40,991 nt of DNA from an uncultured Thermoplasmata archaeon (GTDB lineage: Archaea > Thermoplasmatota > Thermoplasmata > Halarchaeoplasmatales > Halarchaeoplasmataceae): assembly GCA_964398905.1 (NCBI GenBank), contig CAYNOV010000002.1, forward strand, positions 1 to 40,991, in the 5' to 3' direction. Under the pieces are notes generated by a model that was not told the DNA's origin, ran no database searches, and saw nothing but the letters and a program-made list of their open reading frames with translations. Position numbers and translations under genes: made by a program. Position 1 is the first letter of the stretch; every line of letters starts with the position of its first letter. This document shows, piece after piece, positions 8,349-17,636 of this stretch.

Positions 8349-8498
8349 GCTGAACACCTAATAGATATCGAAATATATACTTCTTTATATGATTGAATTT
8401 TATCATATAGGAGTTTCGGTCGGATTATAGTATTTTAGATTTTTTATGTTAAGTCTCAAAATTGAGATAAGGGCCAAAGTTCCTTTCACATCGATCGG

Positions 8499-9032
8499 TC
8501 AATCCTTTTTTAGGATGTCCTCGGCTTTATACATAGCTATAGTGGTATGTGGATGGCTTATTTTGTTCTGTTCCAACATCGAATAGGCTTCTTTTATGGA
8601 AAACTGGCATATGTCTATATCTTCTCCTTTATCATGATCAATATTTCCTCCTCTTTCTACAGTTCCAACGAAAAGATGGGCTTTCTGATCGTTCAAACTC
8701 GCAATAGGATGATACTCACACAGCTTTTCTGACTTCTGTAAAAGAAATCCTGTTTCTTCCTCGAGTTCCCGCTCTGCCGCCGCTTCAGCGGTTTCACCTT
8801 TATCGATAAAACCAGCTGGAAGTTCTATCACTTTTTCATCAATCGGATACCTGTAGTTTTTGATCAGTATCAATTTGTCTTCAAAAACTGGTAGGATCCC
8901 TGCAAAATCTGGAAGGTCAAGCATGGTATAGGTCTTTTTCGATCCATCTGGTAGGATCAAATCATCTTCGGTCAGCGTGAATAATGTTGAATCTGCGATT
9001 TTTCTAGACTCCTCTTTTTTCCATCGAGCCAT
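8499..9032 (-). CDS. NUDIX hydrolase (ADP-ribose pyrophosphatase-like)
   Basis: Nudix box GFIDKGETAEAAAERELEEETGF matches GX5EX7REUXEEXGU. Confidence 0.85.
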   Translation of the reverse strand: MARWKKEESRKIADSTLFTLTEDDLILPDGSKKTYTMLDLPDFAGILPVFEDKLILIKNYRYPIDEKVIELPAGFIDKGETAEAAAERELEEETGFLLQKSEKLCEYHPIASLNDQKAHLFVGTVERGGNIDHDKGEDIDICQFSIKEAYSMLEQNKISHPHTTIAMYKAEDILKKD

Positions 9033-9063
9033 GTTCTCGGTAAAACATTAGACCTATTTTTTA

Positions 9064-9639
9064 TTATCCCAGCAGAAGTGCTTCTAGCAGAAATATACTA
9101 CCGAGTATTATGAAAAGCGAACCCGCGATAAGATCTATTTTTTTACTTTCAAGAAGTTCTCCTATCTTTGAGCCGAGCACCACGCTTATAGCTATTATCG
9201 ATCCCATTCCTATTAGAGCTCCTATGAGAACGGAGAAAGGAGATGCGTATCTCGCGGTCAAAGCTATAACAGCAAGCTGCGTCTTATCACCGAACTCAGC
9301 AAATATAGAAAATACAAAAGAACTCCATACGACCCTTCCGTTATTTTTTTCTATATTTACCTTCTCACCATTGTCATAAAATATGGTATAGATGCCAAAA
9401 AATATGAAGATCATAGACGCGAATATCTTAACATAGGTGACGGGAACAAATTGAAAAAGTATAGTACCTAAAGCTACAGCCAATATAGTGACGATGGCGA
9501 TGCCTGCAAATATCCCTGCGAAGACAGCCTTGTTATCGTATCTAGACGCTAGTGAGATAGTCATCAATTGACTTTTATCACCGAACTCTGCTATGAAGAC
9601 GGTGGAGAAGGTTATCCCAATAACAAATAGCCATAGCAT
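9064..9639 (-). CDS. UPF0016 / GDT1-TMEM165 family cation (Ca2+/Mn2+) transporter
   Basis: Multi-pass membrane protein with two copies of the family signature E-x-G-D-K-[ST] (EFGDKSQ and EFGDKTQ). Confidence 0.8.
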   Translation of the reverse strand: MLWLFVIGITFSTVFIAEFGDKSQLMTISLASRYDNKAVFAGIFAGIAIVTILAVALGTILFQFVPVTYVKIFASMIFIFFGIYTIFYDNGEKVNIEKNNGRVVWSSFVFSIFAEFGDKTQLAVIALTARYASPFSVLIGALIGMGSIIAISVVLGSKIGELLESKKIDLIAGSLFIILGSIFLLEALLLG

Positions 9640-9692
9640 CGGGATGTCTTTTCATTTGAGATATAAATAGGTTTTGTTTGCAGGATATAAGT

Positions 9693-10292
9693 TCAAAAGG
9701 TTTTTTCTCTTCGATCGATCTCGTTATGGACCAAAGTCACAGAATGTGATGTGAAATACTCTCTAGGTCCTACGGAAATCTTCTCAACTCCCATCTCTTC
9801 GCATTTTTTGAGTATTTTTTTCGGGAATCCTTTGTGATCACCCAAAATGAAAATCGGATCCTTTTCGACCTTTAGGTCTCTGATGTCATCCCCTTTTCTT
9901 TCAAGGAGATATAGCGGATGATGTGATATCTTCTCCAACAATTTATTGATATCTAACTTTGATAGATATATGCCGTCATGGGTCTCCATCCAGCCATCTT
10001 CAACTACATCCCTATATCTCAAGCACTTCTTTAACCATGTAGCTATATTTCTTTCATCAGGAGAAACTCTTTTCAAACTGGAACCGTCTAATTTGATAGT
10101 CAAAGGAGGGTCTGGTTCCCCATTCAAACAGATATTTATTCTAGTATCTTTTCTCATATCGTTCGAGAGCCAAAGTGCAGAAATTATGCTTTTACAGATA
10201 AGATCCATCCTCCCTCCACTTCCTGGAAGGTCTTTCAAATTAAAATCTGGGGTAGTAGCTCCTTTACTAGAATAGATAATGAACTCTCTCAT
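9693..10292 (-). CDS. trmY: tRNA (pseudouridine54-N1)-methyltransferase TrmY (SPOUT, DUF358)
   Basis: N-terminus MREFIIYSSKG...NLKDLPGSGGRMDLICKSI and the VSPDERNIA segment match my recollection of archaeal TrmY. Confidence 0.75.
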   Translation of the reverse strand: MREFIIYSSKGATTPDFNLKDLPGSGGRMDLICKSIISALWLSNDMRKDTRINICLNGEPDPPLTIKLDGSSLKRVSPDERNIATWLKKCLRYRDVVEDGWMETHDGIYLSKLDINKLLEKISHHPLYLLERKGDDIRDLKVEKDPIFILGDHKGFPKKILKKCEEMGVEKISVGPREYFTSHSVTLVHNEIDRREKTF

Positions 10293-10410
10293 ATACAGAC
10301 TAAATCGAAATGAAGCTTTAAGTCTTTCCTACAATTGACTGAGTGACTTCCTATCTAAAGACGGATTAGATTTATATCTCATGAATTTGTAAACAAGTTA
10401 GGCTCAAACA

Positions 10411-11439
10411 ATGAAGATATCACCTTTGGTTATACATCCTCATCATATAGATTTCTTTGAAAATCTACATAACGAGCTTAGAGGTAAGGGACATGATGTT
10501 CTCTGTTTCGTGAGAGATGACGATGTAAACAGAGAATATATTCAGGATTCTGATATAACTCACAGCTTTTACGGCTCGGGCCCGAAGGGTTATCTCCCAG
10601 ATTTCGTATCTAGATATAAAAACCAGTTCTCTCTAGCTAGAAAGCTCTTCTCTTTCAAACCAGACCTTATTTTTTCCGTAAACAGCATCCCTTACTCGAC
10701 TTTCAATTCTATATTCAACATTTACTCCGTTACGTTTTTGGATAGAAGACTGCAAAAGAAGGACGAGAAGAAGATATTTAGGCATGCAGATAAGATCGTC
10801 ACGCCTGATTGTTACCCTTTCGAAGTACCTTCCGATAAGCAGGTCTCTCATTCTAGCTATCATCCTTTTGCATATCTACATCCAAATAGATTTGAAGCCG
10901 ATCCTACTGTTTTAGACGATCTGACCGTCGAACCTAACGATTACGTACTCGTCAGCTTCGCTAGTAGGTCCTGGGAAGGCTTCACCGAGGAAGACCTACT
11001 CACTCGCAAAGAGAAGATAGATATTGTAAGGGAAATATCGGAATATAGGAAGGTTTTGTTAGATGGGAGAGGTTCTGTTCCCGAGCCTTTAGAGGAATAC
11101 GTTCCTTCTATTCCACTGAGGAGTTACAATCAACTCATGGCGAATTCAGAACTCGTTGTAGGTGACGACCCGATCATATGTGGTGAGGCGGGTGTTCTCG
11201 GGATACCATGGATTTTCATTTCTGAATCTTCTGCACCTACGTTAGAGGAGCAAGAGATACAATATGAGATAGGAACCCAGGTCGAAAGTATTGAAAAAGC
11301 CGATGAACTCGCAGAGATGCTATTAACTGGAGAGGTAGAGCCAGATTTCGAAAACGCTCGAGAGAAAATCCTAAATGATAAGATTGATCTTACTGAGTGG
11401 ATGGTTAAATTTGTTGAGATATCCGAAAAGATAATTTAG
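10411..11439 (+). CDS. DUF354 family protein (glycosyltransferase/epimerase-like fold)
   Basis: 342 aa. The N-terminal pattern (hydrophobic strand, then HHIDFF...L...GHDV) resembles DUF354. TAG stop. Confidence 0.55.
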   Translation: MKISPLVIHPHHIDFFENLHNELRGKGHDVLCFVRDDDVNREYIQDSDITHSFYGSGPKGYLPDFVSRYKNQFSLARKLFSFKPDLIFSVNSIPYSTFNSIFNIYSVTFLDRRLQKKDEKKIFRHADKIVTPDCYPFEVPSDKQVSHSSYHPFAYLHPNRFEADPTVLDDLTVEPNDYVLVSFASRSWEGFTEEDLLTRKEKIDIVREISEYRKVLLDGRGSVPEPLEEYVPSIPLRSYNQLMANSELVVGDDPIICGEAGVLGIPWIFISESSAPTLEEQEIQYEIGTQVESIEKADELAEMLLTGEVEPDFENAREKILNDKIDLTEWMVKFVEISEKII

Positions 11440-11473
11440 TTTAATTTGTCAGTAATTAGTAGGAGCTATATCG

Positions 11474-12235
11474 ATGAAGAGATGGTTCGAAGATGAATCC
11501 TTCTGGAAAGAGTTCAGGGACGTTTTATTTTCCGAAGAAAGGTTAGAGAGAACGGAGTATCAGGTGGATAGATTTGAGGAACTTTTAGGACTTGAGAAAG
11601 GAGACAAGATACTAGATCAGTGCTGTGGGATAGGAAGACATTCTATAGAACTAGCTAGAAGAGGATATGAAGTGACGGGGATAGACCTGACCGGAGCTTA
11701 CCTCGAAGAAGCTAGGGAAAAAAGCGAAAAAGAGAGTTTGGAAATAGAATTCATAAAAGCAGATATCCGAGACTTCAAAAGAGAAGGGTTTTACGATGCA
11801 GTGATCAATTTTTTCACTTCTTTTGGTTATTCAAAATTTGAAGAGGAAAATAGAAAAGTTCTACGAAATTCGTATATTTCTTTGAAACCAGGTGGAAAAA
11901 TTTTGTTAGATGTGATGGGCAAAGAGATATTGGAAAACATATTCACAGATACTGACAGGTGGAGGATGAAAGACGCTTATTTTTTGGAAAATAGAAAGAT
12001 AAGGGACGATCTTGAAATGCTTGAGTCAGAATGGAAATTGATCAGAGATGACGGTGAGGTCCACGAACATAAATTCATGTATAAGCTGTTCACGAAAGAA
12101 AAGCTAGAAAATATGTTGAGGGATATAGGTTTTGATGGAATAAAGATTTATGGAGATCTAGAAGGCTCTGGTTATGACGACAGCGCAAGAAGATTGATCG
12201 CGATCGCAGAAAAAAAGGACAAACACGAATTTTAG
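11474..12235 (+). CDS. class I SAM-dependent methyltransferase
   Basis: Motif I is ILDQCCGIGRH, with an acidic residue at the end of strand 2 (GIDL). AGGAG lies upstream of the ATG. TAG stop. Confidence 0.8.
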   Translation: MKRWFEDESFWKEFRDVLFSEERLERTEYQVDRFEELLGLEKGDKILDQCCGIGRHSIELARRGYEVTGIDLTGAYLEEAREKSEKESLEIEFIKADIRDFKREGFYDAVINFFTSFGYSKFEEENRKVLRNSYISLKPGGKILLDVMGKEILENIFTDTDRWRMKDAYFLENRKIRDDLEMLESEWKLIRDDGEVHEHKFMYKLFTKEKLENMLRDIGFDGIKIYGDLEGSGYDDSARRLIAIAEKKDKHEF

Positions 12236-12255
12236 GCGTAAACATTATATCCCTT

Positions 12256-12271
12256 ATGCTCAGTTGAGCAT
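12256..12271 (+). promoter_or_regulatory. palindrome ATGCTCA-GT-TGAGCAT between a TATA-like element and the moaA start
   Basis: Two 7-nt perfect inverted arms lie 6 nt upstream of the moaA ATG (12277). ACATTATAT at about 12243..12251 looks like a TATA box. Confidence 0.25.
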
Positions 12272-12276
12272 CTTGA

Positions 12277-13191
12277 ATGAAAGATCCTTATGGAAGAGAG
12301 ATAACGAATCTGAGAGTTTCGCTCACTCAAGAATGCAATCTAGACTGTTTTTACTGTCATAACGAAGGTGAAGAAGAAAGTCAATATAAAACAAGACTAC
12401 GATCGGAAGAGGTAAAGCAGCTGGTGAGAACCGCGTCAGACCTAGGTATGAACAAAGTAAAGTACTCTGGGGGCGAGCCATTAGTTCATCCGGAAATTGT
12501 TGAAATAATCTCAATTTCTTCTGAACTGATGGACGATGTATCTTTGACCACGAATGGAGTCCTACTTTCCGAAAAGGCGGAAGAATTGAGTGAGACTGGA
12601 CTTGATAGAGTCAATGTTAGTCTAGATGTGATGGATTCTGAAACTTATGAAAAGATAACAGGAATGGCTAATGTTGAGAAGGTCAAAAGAGGGATAGAAA
12701 AGGCCAACCAGGTCGGTCTCCACCCTGTAAAGATAAATATGCTTCTGATGAAGGGTTTGAATGAGGGGTCTATAGACCAAATGATGGGATTTGCAGCAGA
12801 CACCGGCTCTATACTTCAGGTCATAGAGATGACTAGCAGTAGAGAAGGTATCAGTGATGACTTCTATCAAAGGTATCATGTTTCGCTGGATGAATTGGCC
12901 TCAAAGATTGAGAAGAGAGCTGTAAGAACAGAAACTAGAAATATGCATGCTAGAAAAAAATATTTCCTAAAATCACCAGAAGTTGAAGTAGAACTCGTAA
13001 GAACGATGCATAACTCGACCTTTTGTCAGAACTGTACCCGTTTAAGAGTAACATCGAAGGGTGAATTGAAACCTTGTTTATTAAGGACTGATAATCACGT
13101 CTCTACAAAAGAGATCTTGAAGAGGAACGGGAACGTAAAAGATAAGTTTATCAAGGCTATAGAGGAAAGAGAACCGTATTGGTGTGAGTGA
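12277..13191 (+). CDS. moaA: GTP 3',8-cyclase MoaA (radical SAM)
   Basis: CNLDCFYCH matches the radical-SAM CX3CX2C motif. C-terminal Cys cluster CQNC...C. 304 aa. Confidence 0.9.
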   Translation: MKDPYGREITNLRVSLTQECNLDCFYCHNEGEEESQYKTRLRSEEVKQLVRTASDLGMNKVKYSGGEPLVHPEIVEIISISSELMDDVSLTTNGVLLSEKAEELSETGLDRVNVSLDVMDSETYEKITGMANVEKVKRGIEKANQVGLHPVKINMLLMKGLNEGSIDQMMGFAADTGSILQVIEMTSSREGISDDFYQRYHVSLDELASKIEKRAVRTETRNMHARKKYFLKSPEVEVELVRTMHNSTFCQNCTRLRVTSKGELKPCLLRTDNHVSTKEILKRNGNVKDKFIKAIEEREPYWCE

Positions 13192-13624
13192 GATGGTTGG
13201 AAAAAAAGCGTTAGTGACTGAAGAAGATTTTACGATAGAAGAGTTGAAAGAACGCGTGAGATCAGACGAGGATGGAGCACTCGTTGTTTTCAACGGGGTT
13301 GTTAGATCGAAGAATAAAGATCAGGAAGTAGAAAAATTGGAATTGCAGAGATATGAAGACATGACCGAAAGTGAACTTGAAAAAGTGAAAGATGAAGCTC
13401 TAAACAATTTCAAGATAAGTGATCTAGTAGTGGTTCATAGATATGGAGAATTGAACATAGGGGATAATATAGTCGGCATCGTTGCAGCGGCTCCTCACCG
13501 TGAAGATGCATTCGAAGCTTGTAAATATACTATAGACAGGATAAAGGAGAAAGTCCCTCTTTGGAAAAGAGAGACGACGAAGGGTGGAGAATCTAAGTGG
13601 CTTGATAAAGAAGAGAGTGAGTGA
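13184..13624 (+). CDS. moaE: molybdopterin synthase catalytic subunit MoaE
   Basis: MoaE-like pattern: FNGVVR...HRYGEL.IGD..V.I...APHR..AF.A....ID.IK..VP.WK.E. Start is GTG at 13184 or ATG at 13193, overlapping the moaA stop. Confidence 0.85.
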   Translation: MSEMVGKKALVTEEDFTIEELKERVRSDEDGALVVFNGVVRSKNKDQEVEKLELQRYEDMTESELEKVKDEALNNFKISDLVVVHRYGELNIGDNIVGIVAAAPHREDAFEACKYTIDRIKEKVPLWKRETTKGGESKWLDKEESE

Positions 13625-14082
13625 TCATGGGAATGATAGATATAAGTGGGAAGGAAAAAATTCCAAGGAGGGCTAGAGCTGTAGGAGAGATCTTACTCGA
13701 TGAAAAGAGTATAAAAGCTATTCAAAATGAAGATATCAAAAAGGGAGACGTTTTTCAGGTAGCAGAGATATCGGCCATACAGGCGGTGAAAAGGACTCCT
13801 GAAAGTTTACCTCACTGTCATCCTATCCCGATCGAGAGCGTGGATGTTAAATTCGATCTAACCGATGATACTTTGAAGGTAGAATGCGAAGTCAAAGCGG
13901 TTTACAAGACCGGTGTGGAGATGGAGGCTCTTTCAGGTGTGAACGCCGCTCTTTTGACAGTATGGGACATGGTGAAATACTTGGAAAAAGATGAGGATGG
14001 CCAATATCCCGATACCGCGATCAAAAACATTTCCGTTGTGGAGAAAAAGAAGGTGTATGAGGATGAGTCATCAAGAGCATAA
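13621..14082 (+). CDS. moaC: cyclic pyranopterin monophosphate synthase MoaC
   Basis: MoaC-like pattern: MIDISGK...R.A.A.G.I.L, LPHCHPIP, KTGVEMEAL.GV..ALLT.WDM.K. Start is GTG at 13621 or ATG at 13627. Confidence 0.85.
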   Translation: MIMGMIDISGKEKIPRRARAVGEILLDEKSIKAIQNEDIKKGDVFQVAEISAIQAVKRTPESLPHCHPIPIESVDVKFDLTDDTLKVECEVKAVYKTGVEMEALSGVNAALLTVWDMVKYLEKDEDGQYPDTAIKNISVVEKKKVYEDESSRA

Positions 14083-14554
14083 GAAAAACGCACCAGATCA
14101 TGTCGAATGTGCGGTGATAACAGTCAGTGATACTAGAGATGTCGATAGTGACGTATCTGGTAAGATGATCAGAGAGATGTTGATGGAAGAAAAACATGAG
14201 ATAGTTGGATACGAGATCGCTAAAGACGATGCGGATGATATAAGGAAAACTATAGAGTCTATAGATGCGGAAGCGTATATTCTAAATGGAGGAACAGGTA
14301 TAAGCTGTAGAGACGGAACGCCTGATGTTTTAGAGGAGATCATAGATAAAAGACTTCCCGGTTTTGGAGAGGCATTCAGGAGATTAAGTTTTGAGGAGAT
14401 AGGTTCGGCAGCGATATTGAGCAGGTCTCTAGCTGGCGTAGCCGATGAGAAGGTCTACTTTTCACTTCCAGGCTCTACTGCAGCGGTTGAATTAGCGATG
14501 AAAGAGCTAATATTACCAGAATTGGGTCACATCGTTTTCGAGGTGAATAAGTGA
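14057..14554 (+). CDS. moaB: MoaB/MogA-type molybdopterin adenylyltransferase
   Basis: VITVSDTR and GGTGIS.RD motifs. The track ORF begins at 13991 inside moaC. ATG at 14057 or 14063 is more plausible. Confidence 0.8.
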   Translation: MRMSHQEHKKNAPDHVECAVITVSDTRDVDSDVSGKMIREMLMEEKHEIVGYEIAKDDADDIRKTIESIDAEAYILNGGTGISCRDGTPDVLEEIIDKRLPGFGEAFRRLSFEEIGSAAILSRSLAGVADEKVYFSLPGSTAAVELAMKELILPELGHIVFEVNK

Positions 14555-15771
14555 TGGAAGAACAGAGGCCGTTTGGTGAACTCATAACTTACACCGATGC
14601 ACTTACTACTATTTTAGAGGAGGTCCGGCCTGTAGAAAGGAAAGAGATCATAGATTTGGATGACGCCTTTGAGAGAGTCCTTGCCGAAGATGCAGAAAGC
14701 GACATGTTCGTCCCTCCTTTCGATAGAGGGGCTATGGACGGATTCGCCGTAAAGGCTGAAGATACTTTCGAGGCGGGAAAATTTGATCCGATCGAATTGA
14801 AGAACATAGGAACTCTGCATGCTGGCGATTCGCCAGAAAAGGAGATCGGAAACGGAGAATGTATCCAGATCGCCACTGGGGCACCAATGCCTGAAGGAGC
14901 CAACGCTGTTGTAAAAGTCGAGGTCACAGAGAAAGAAGGAGATAAGGTGAAAATACACAAACCAGTACACCCTGGAGAGAATGTATCTCCTAAAGGAGAA
15001 GATATTGAAGAAGGAGAGACGGTAATAAAGAAAGGTTCGTTCCTTACTTCCGCAAAAATAGGCGCATTGGCAGCCATGGGAAAAGAAAAAGTAAAGGTAT
15101 ACGAAAAACCGAAGGTAAGTGTTATTCCGACCGGGGACGAAGTTGTTGCGGTCGGAGACGAATTGAAACCAGGCCAGATCTATGATGTAAACTCACATAC
15201 TTTGAAAAGTGTAGTAGAAAAAAACGGCTGTGAGGCTTGGAGAAAAGATGTCGTGCATGACACGATCGAAGGCCTAAAAGAGGGTATAGAGAAGGAAGTA
15301 AAAGATAAGGATATGATACTTTTTTCTGGAGGTAGCTCAGTTGGAGATAAAGACATATTGATCGACGCTTTAGATTCTATCGGAGAGGTGATATTTCACG
15401 GTGTGAAGCTCAAGCCGGGTAAACCGACACTTTTCGGAGAGGTTGAAGATACTTTGGTCGTTGGAATGCCGGGTTATCCCACTTCCTGTTTGAACACCGC
15501 TCAGCAGTTGATCAGACCGGGATTGAGAAAGATGTCTAGACTTCCAGAACCATCTGAAAGAAGTACCGACGCGGTCTTAGCGAAGAGGATCACATCCTCA
15601 TTGGGTAGGCAGCAATATATGACGGTAAGATTGGAAAACGAGAAAGCACATCCGGTTTACAAACAATCTGGAGCAATCACCAGCATGGCTCAGGCAGATG
15701 GTTATTTCGAGATCCCAGAAAATGTCGAATTGGTGGAAAAGGGAGAAAAGATTTCTGTAACGCTGTTCTGA
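14554..15771 (+). CDS. moeA: molybdopterin molybdenumtransferase MoeA
   Basis: About 405 aa with the MoeA domain pattern: RGAMDGFAV, IATGAPMPEGANAVV, IPTGDE, SGGSSVGDKD, KPGKP. ATG at 14554 overlaps the moaB TGA. Confidence 0.85.
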   Translation: MEEQRPFGELITYTDALTTILEEVRPVERKEIIDLDDAFERVLAEDAESDMFVPPFDRGAMDGFAVKAEDTFEAGKFDPIELKNIGTLHAGDSPEKEIGNGECIQIATGAPMPEGANAVVKVEVTEKEGDKVKIHKPVHPGENVSPKGEDIEEGETVIKKGSFLTSAKIGALAAMGKEKVKVYEKPKVSVIPTGDEVVAVGDELKPGQIYDVNSHTLKSVVEKNGCEAWRKDVVHDTIEGLKEGIEKEVKDKDMILFSGGSSVGDKDILIDALDSIGEVIFHGVKLKPGKPTLFGEVEDTLVVGMPGYPTSCLNTAQQLIRPGLRKMSRLPEPSERSTDAVLAKRITSSLGRQQYMTVRLENEKAHPVYKQSGAITSMAQADGYFEIPENVELVEKGEKISVTLF

Positions 15772-17604
15772 TCAGTCGACTATCTTGACGTTTTTTCCCG
15801 CATTCACATCTTGAATGAGTTTTCTAGCGACTCTAGTACCTTTTCTTACTTTTATAGAACCGCCCTGGCCCACGGTTACAGTTGACAGGTATTCGTTACC
15901 TGAAAACAGGTCCACAGTTTTCCCTATTTTTTCTCTTCCAGCTTCGATTATCACTTTTTCCTCGCCGACCAAAACGTCGACGTTTTTACCTTTGATCTTA
16001 TCCTTGATCACTCTTTCTCTTCCACTCGCCTCTTCTAATGGCTGTACATCGATCCTAAGACCTAATTGGTCTTCTATCCGTGAGATATTTTTCCCGTTCT
16101 TTCCTAAAAGTCTGGGTATTTGGCTGTCTGGAACGTAAACCTTTACTCTATCGGAACTTTCTACTTCGACTTCAACTCTGCCAGAAACGTATCTATTGAT
16201 CTCCCTTTGAATCTCTTTCTGTGCTATATCGTGTACAGGTTTGCTTCTTTTTTCTCCTTCAACGGGCATAACAACGACTTGTTCACCGTAGGAATATACT
16301 TCGTATTCTGGAACACCTGTTTCAAAATCTTTGACCTCTATCACCGGCCTGGCTAGATCCTCTTCAACCATCCCCTCAGGGACTTTCACTGTATATGTGA
16401 TGTCGTACACTTTTTTGATCTGAGCTTCCTCGACGAAAACTATCGTGTCAACGATCTGTGGTACCATCCCTAATTCGACTCTTCCTATTAGCCTTTGAAG
16501 TGCATCTATAGCGCGGTTCGCATGGGTTACTCCGATCATCCCCACTCCTGCTAGCCTCATATCCGCAAAAGTCTCAAAGTCCGGAGTCTTCCTCACTTCG
16601 TCAAAGATCGTGTAATCAGGTCTGACTAAAAGTAAAATATCCCCTGTATCTTCCATCTTACCTTCTAACTTACTGTATTGGGTTATCTCATCCCCTACTT
16701 GAAGATCTCTAGGGTCTTCCATCGTTTTTATTGTGAATTCACCTTTACGTAGATAATCTGCGATCGCCTGGGCCAACGTACTTTTCCCAGCACCTGGTGA
16801 ACCCGCTAAAAGCACGCCTCTTCGTCTTTCTGTAAATCTCTCTTTCAACTCTTCAGATAACTTATATTCCTCCAGATCGACTTTAGCTACAGGTCTGACA
16901 GCGGTTATCTCAAAACCATCAGAGAAAGGGGGTCTAGCTATAACGATCCGGATATTCTCCAATTGGACTACGGTAGCTCCACCTTTATCCACTTCTATGA
17001 ATCCTTTGGAAGATCTCTTAGCATTTTCGATGATGTTGTGAGCTAGAGCTTTTAATTCTTGATTGGTAGATTTTTCCTCTTTGATAATTTCTGTTCTGAT
17101 GTTGCCAGGGGTACCTTTTTTGGCAGTAGGTTTCGTCCCATCTCTCAAATGTACGGACATCGTATCTTCAGTGAAGTATCCCAGTATCTTGTTTCCCTCC
17201 TTTTCTTCCTCTAGAACAGGTTTGAGATATTCAACATTAACTCCTTTCGCCTTAGCGACTTCTGATTGTACCAGATCACTAGTCACCAATAATGCGTTTT
17301 CGTCAAGTGCGATAGAACGTATTATAGAATCTATCTCACCTTGGTCCGAGAGCCTTCGCTCATCCAATTTAGGTCTTTCACCTTTGAACAAAAGGTTGAT
17401 TTTTCCCGTTTCAGAGAGTTCTTTGATCTCCTGTATCTCTTCTAGACCGCTCATGCCAGTCTCTTGACCTCTGTTAGCTTGAGATTCGAGTTCGAAAAGA
17501 ACGGCTTCAGGTATTAAGACCTCGGCCCCCTCATAATCACCTTTTTTGACTTTCGATGTGATCCTTCCGTCGATTATAACGCTTGTATCCGGAACTATTT
17601 TCAT
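15772..17604 (-). CDS. PIN domain - PilT/PhoH-like ATPase - KH domain protein (conserved archaeal COG1855-type)
   Basis: N-terminus [13 protein letters not shown] is PIN-like. Walker A is GSPGAGKST. The C-terminal [22 protein letters not shown] is KH-like. Confidence 0.8.
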   Translation of the reverse strand: MKIVPDTSVIIDGRITSKVKKGDYEGAEVLIPEAVLFELESQANRGQETGMSGLEEIQEIKELSETGKINLLFKGERPKLDERRLSDQGEIDSIIRSIALDENALLVTSDLVQSEVAKAKGVNVEYLKPVLEEEKEGNKILGYFTEDTMSVHLRDGTKPTAKKGTPGNIRTEIIKEEKSTNQELKALAHNIIENAKRSSKGFIEVDKGGATVVQLENIRIVIARPPFSDGFEITAVRPVAKVDLEEYKLSEELKERFTERRRGVLLAGSPGAGKSTLAQAIADYLRKGEFTIKTMEDPRDLQVGDEITQYSKLEGKMEDTGDILLLVRPDYTIFDEVRKTPDFETFADMRLAGVGMIGVTHANRAIDALQRLIGRVELGMVPQIVDTIVFVEEAQIKKVYDITYTVKVPEGMVEEDLARPVIEVKDFETGVPEYEVYSYGEQVVVMPVEGEKRSKPVHDIAQKEIQREINRYVSGRVEVEVESSDRVKVYVPDSQIPRLLGKNGKNISRIEDQLGLRIDVQPLEEASGRERVIKDKIKGKNVDVLVGEEKVIIEAGREKIGKTVDLFSGNEYLSTVTVGQGGSIKVRKGTRVARKLIQDVNAGKNVKIVD

Positions 17605-17623
17605 GTATATCGATGAAACTTGC

Positions 17624-17636
17624 TTTTATTTAAATA
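17624..17636 (-). promoter_or_regulatory. TATA-box-like element for the PIN-ATPase-KH gene
   Basis: The minus strand reads TATTTAAATAAAA, 20-32 nt upstream of ATG 17604. This implies a very short or absent leader. Confidence 0.35.

Noticed and set aside
13991-14056. N-terminal extension of the moaB ORF (track start 13991), and the similar extension of sucD (track start 27806).
   Set aside because: The extensions overlap the preceding gene or promoter region and lack similarity to the respective families. Internal ATGs at 14057/14063 and 27935 give canonical N-termini.
14589-15077. Minus-strand ORFs of 118-162 aa inside moeA, with similar antisense ORFs inside the HAD gene (23641..24153), AMP phosphorylase, rbcL and MCM.
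   Set aside because: They lie entirely within strongly supported genes on the opposite strand. No motifs or start signals are present. They are typical long antisense frames.
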